From NCBI GenBank assembly GCA_903923175.1, contig CAIXWQ010001121.1, forward strand, positions 3,684 to 67,683: a stretch of 64,000 nucleotides of DNA, in the 5' to 3' direction. The position numbers and the translations under genes are program-made. Below, piece by piece: positions 62,290 through 64,000 of this stretch (positions are counted from its first letter, which is position 1; the number at the start of each line of letters is the position of its first letter). The notes beneath the pieces were generated by a model. That model made no database searches. It was given only the letters and a program-made list of their open reading frames with translations, and had not been told where the DNA came from. This DNA comes from an uncultured delta proteobacterium. GTDB lineage: Bacteria; Myxococcota_A; Polyangia; Polyangiales; JADJMO01.

Positions 62290-64000
62290 TTAGCTGACGG
62301 TGGACGAATTGGTAAAATCCTGAGCCTCGTCGCCCTCGGACATGCCGAGGGCCCCCAGCTCGACGGGAAGACCCGATCGAAGGCTCTGGATCGCGGCGAG
62401 CGACGCCGCCGTGGTCTCGTACGCGCGCTCCCAGTGCTCGCCGGCGCCCGCTCCGCCGCGGCACGCCGCGAGGAACGCGAGCAGCTCGCCGCCTTGCCCC
62501 TTGTCCTTGCCGGCATCGACCGTGCGCCGTCGTTCTCCGCTCCAGAGCTCGACGTCGCCCCATTGATCGACGAACGCCGTCTTGCCGCCGCCGAAGATCT
62601 CGAGCCGCTCGGGCGGCGCGGCGCGATCGCCGCCGGCGTCGTAGATCACCGTGGACAGCGATCCATTCTCGTGGCGCATCGTGATGGACACGCGGTCGTC
62701 GGTCGACTCGAGCCCGCCGACGCGGCCGACCGACTCGGCGTAGACCCTCACGGGCGCGCTGCCCACGAGCGCCGCGCACGTGTCGATGGCGTGACACGCC
62801 TCGCCGACGATTCGACCGCCGCCGACGGCCTCCTGCTGCGGCCACGCGGCCACGGGGATCGGCGGCACCGAGAAGCGGTGCGTGACCGTGAGCGGGCCGA
62901 CGCCTCGGAAGAAGTCCTGGACGACCTTCGTTGCGGGCGCCCAACGCCGGTTGAATCCCACCATCACGACGGGCGAGGCGGCGCCGAGCTCGGCCACGAC
63001 GGCGACGATTCGGCGGAGCTCGTCGAGTCGTATGCAGAGCGGCTTCTCGACGAATACGTGCTTGCCGGCCCTGAGCGCGGCGATCACGAGCTCGGCGTGG
63101 AGGTCGTGGCGCGTCGTGATGACGACGGCCTTCGTGGACGCGTCTTTCCAGACCTCCTCGACGTCGGTGGTCGCGTGGGCGAAGCCCATCTTCTCGCCGC
63201 CCAGCTGGGCGTTCACGCCGCGCGCGGTCGCGAGCAAACGCCACGACACTCCGCCGAGCTTGCGCAAGAGCGGCATCAGGACGAGCCGGGTATAGTTTCC
63301 CGCGCCGATCATGGAGATCCCGAGCTCGCCCGTCGCCGCGCTGCCGGCGCGAATCGAGGTCGTCCGGCGCGGCTTCTCGGGCTTCGTCGGGTACTGCAGG
63401 ACGATCCCCGTGTACGGCTCGGAGCGCCCCGTCACGAGGTCGTACGCGTCGCTGGCGCGATCGATCGGGAATCGGTGGGTCGTGAGCTTCTCGACCGGCA
63501 GTCGACCAGCGGCGATCGTGTCGAGCACGGCCTCCATGTTCCGTTGCGCCGTCCACCGCACGAGCCCGAACGGGTAGTCGTGGCCGCGCTCTTCGTAGGC
63601 CTCGTCGCCGCGACCGGGGCCGAGCGAGCCGGAGACCGTGAACTGGAGCTCTTTGGCGAAGAACGGCGCGCGCGGGATGGCGAGCCCGGCGACGCCGACC
63701 AGCACGATCCGTCCGCGCACGCGCGTGACCTCGGCCGCGAGCTCGATCGGACCGTTGCTGTCGGTCGCGGCCGTGATCACGACCGCGTCGACCCCCAAGC
63801 CCGCGGTCAGCGCCTGCACCGCCGCGCGCCCATCGCCCACGACCGCGACGTCGGCGCCGAAGGCCGCGGCCTGCTCGACGCGCGCCGGATCGACGTCCAC
63901 GCCGATCACGCGGCAGCCCTGCGCCTTGAGCAACGCGATCGCGATCTGACCGATGAGCCCCAGGCCGATGACGAGCACGCGCTCGCCGAGCGTGACCTGG
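62290..64000 (-). CDS. Bi-domain oxidoreductase (zinc-ADH-like domain fused to a Gfo/Idh/MocA domain), 5' end outside the window
   Basis: The frame is open to the window edge. ADH-type Rossmann VIGLGLIGQIA…GCRVIGVD, then a second Rossmann ISMIGAGNYT… with HVFVEKPLC, the Gfo/Idh/MocA signature. TAA stop at 62290. Confidence 0.85.
   Translation of the reverse strand, partial: QVTLGERVLVIGLGLIGQIAIALLKAQGCRVIGVDVDPARVEQAAAFGADVAVVGDGRAAVQALTAGLGVDAVVITAATDSNGPIELAAEVTRVRGRIVLVGVAGLAIPRAPFFAKELQFTVSGSLGPGRGDEAYEERGHDYPFGLVRWTAQRNMEAVLDTIAAGRLPVEKLTTHRFPIDRASDAYDLVTGRSEPYTGIVLQYPTKPEKPRRTTSIRAGSAATGELGISMIGAGNYTRLVLMPLLRKLGGVSWRLLATARGVNAQLGGEKMGFAHATTDVEEVWKDASTKAVVITTRHDLHAELVIAALRAGKHVFVEKPLCIRLDELRRIVAVVAELGAASPVVMVGFNRRWAPATKVVQDFFRGVGPLTVTHRFSVPPIPVAAWPQQEAVGGGRIVGEACHAIDTCAALVGSAPVRVYAESVGRVGGLESTDDRVSITMRHENGSLSTVIYDAGGDRAAPPERLEIFGGGKTAFVDQWGDVELWSGERRRTVDAGKDKGQGGELLAFLAACRGGAGAGEHWERAYETTAASLAAIQSLRSGLPVELGALGMSEGDEAQDFTNSSTVS

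Overview
Very GC-rich bacterial chromosome. Third codon positions are almost all G/C, so long spurious antisense ORFs are everywhere. The gene content looks myxobacterial (Polyangia/Sorangiineae-like): a giant Ser/Thr kinase-STAND protein, an NtrC-type enhancer-binding protein, a REC-DUF4388 regulator, and many lipoproteins with Asp/Ala-rich linkers. This taxonomic assignment is inference only.

Layout:
- 1-9.7 kb: housekeeping and signalling genes (NtrC-like regulator, PmbA/TldE, kinase-cyclase-like-AAA-TPR protein, small lipoproteins).
- 9.8-10.0 kb: a textbook cobalamin (B12) riboswitch, directly upstream of an uncharacterised lipoprotein and a WbpB/WbpD/WbpE-like amino-sugar triad.
- About 19.8 kb to the window end: a very large Wzx/Wzy-dependent polysaccharide (EPS/O-antigen-like) locus. 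It contains two Wzy/O-antigen-ligase-family membrane proteins (one fused to TPRs), a Wzx flippase, a Wzc-type co-polymerase/tyrosine kinase, five to six glycosyltransferases and a PglC/EpsL-type initiating phosphotransferase. It also has aminotransferases (three DegT-family genes in the window, counting the WbpE-like one), three SAM methyltransferases plus one remnant, several acyl/acetyltransferases, three asparagine-synthase paralogues, a heparinase II/III-like protein and a bi-domain oxidoreductase.
- Large secreted repeat lipoproteins lie inside or next to the locus: Cys-rich repeats plus a fibrinogen-like domain, a nine-repeat beta-sandwich-like protein, and Stig1-like Cys knots plus a YWTD propeller.

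No rRNA, tRNA, CRISPR array, transposase or integrase was recognised.

Best candidates for something new:
1. The B12 riboswitch with its unknown lipoprotein, a possible new corrinoid-capture protein.
2. The set of unusual surface lipoproteins in and around the glycan locus, including a bacterial fibrinogen-related (ficolin-like) domain.

All homology statements come from reading motifs by eye. No database search was run.
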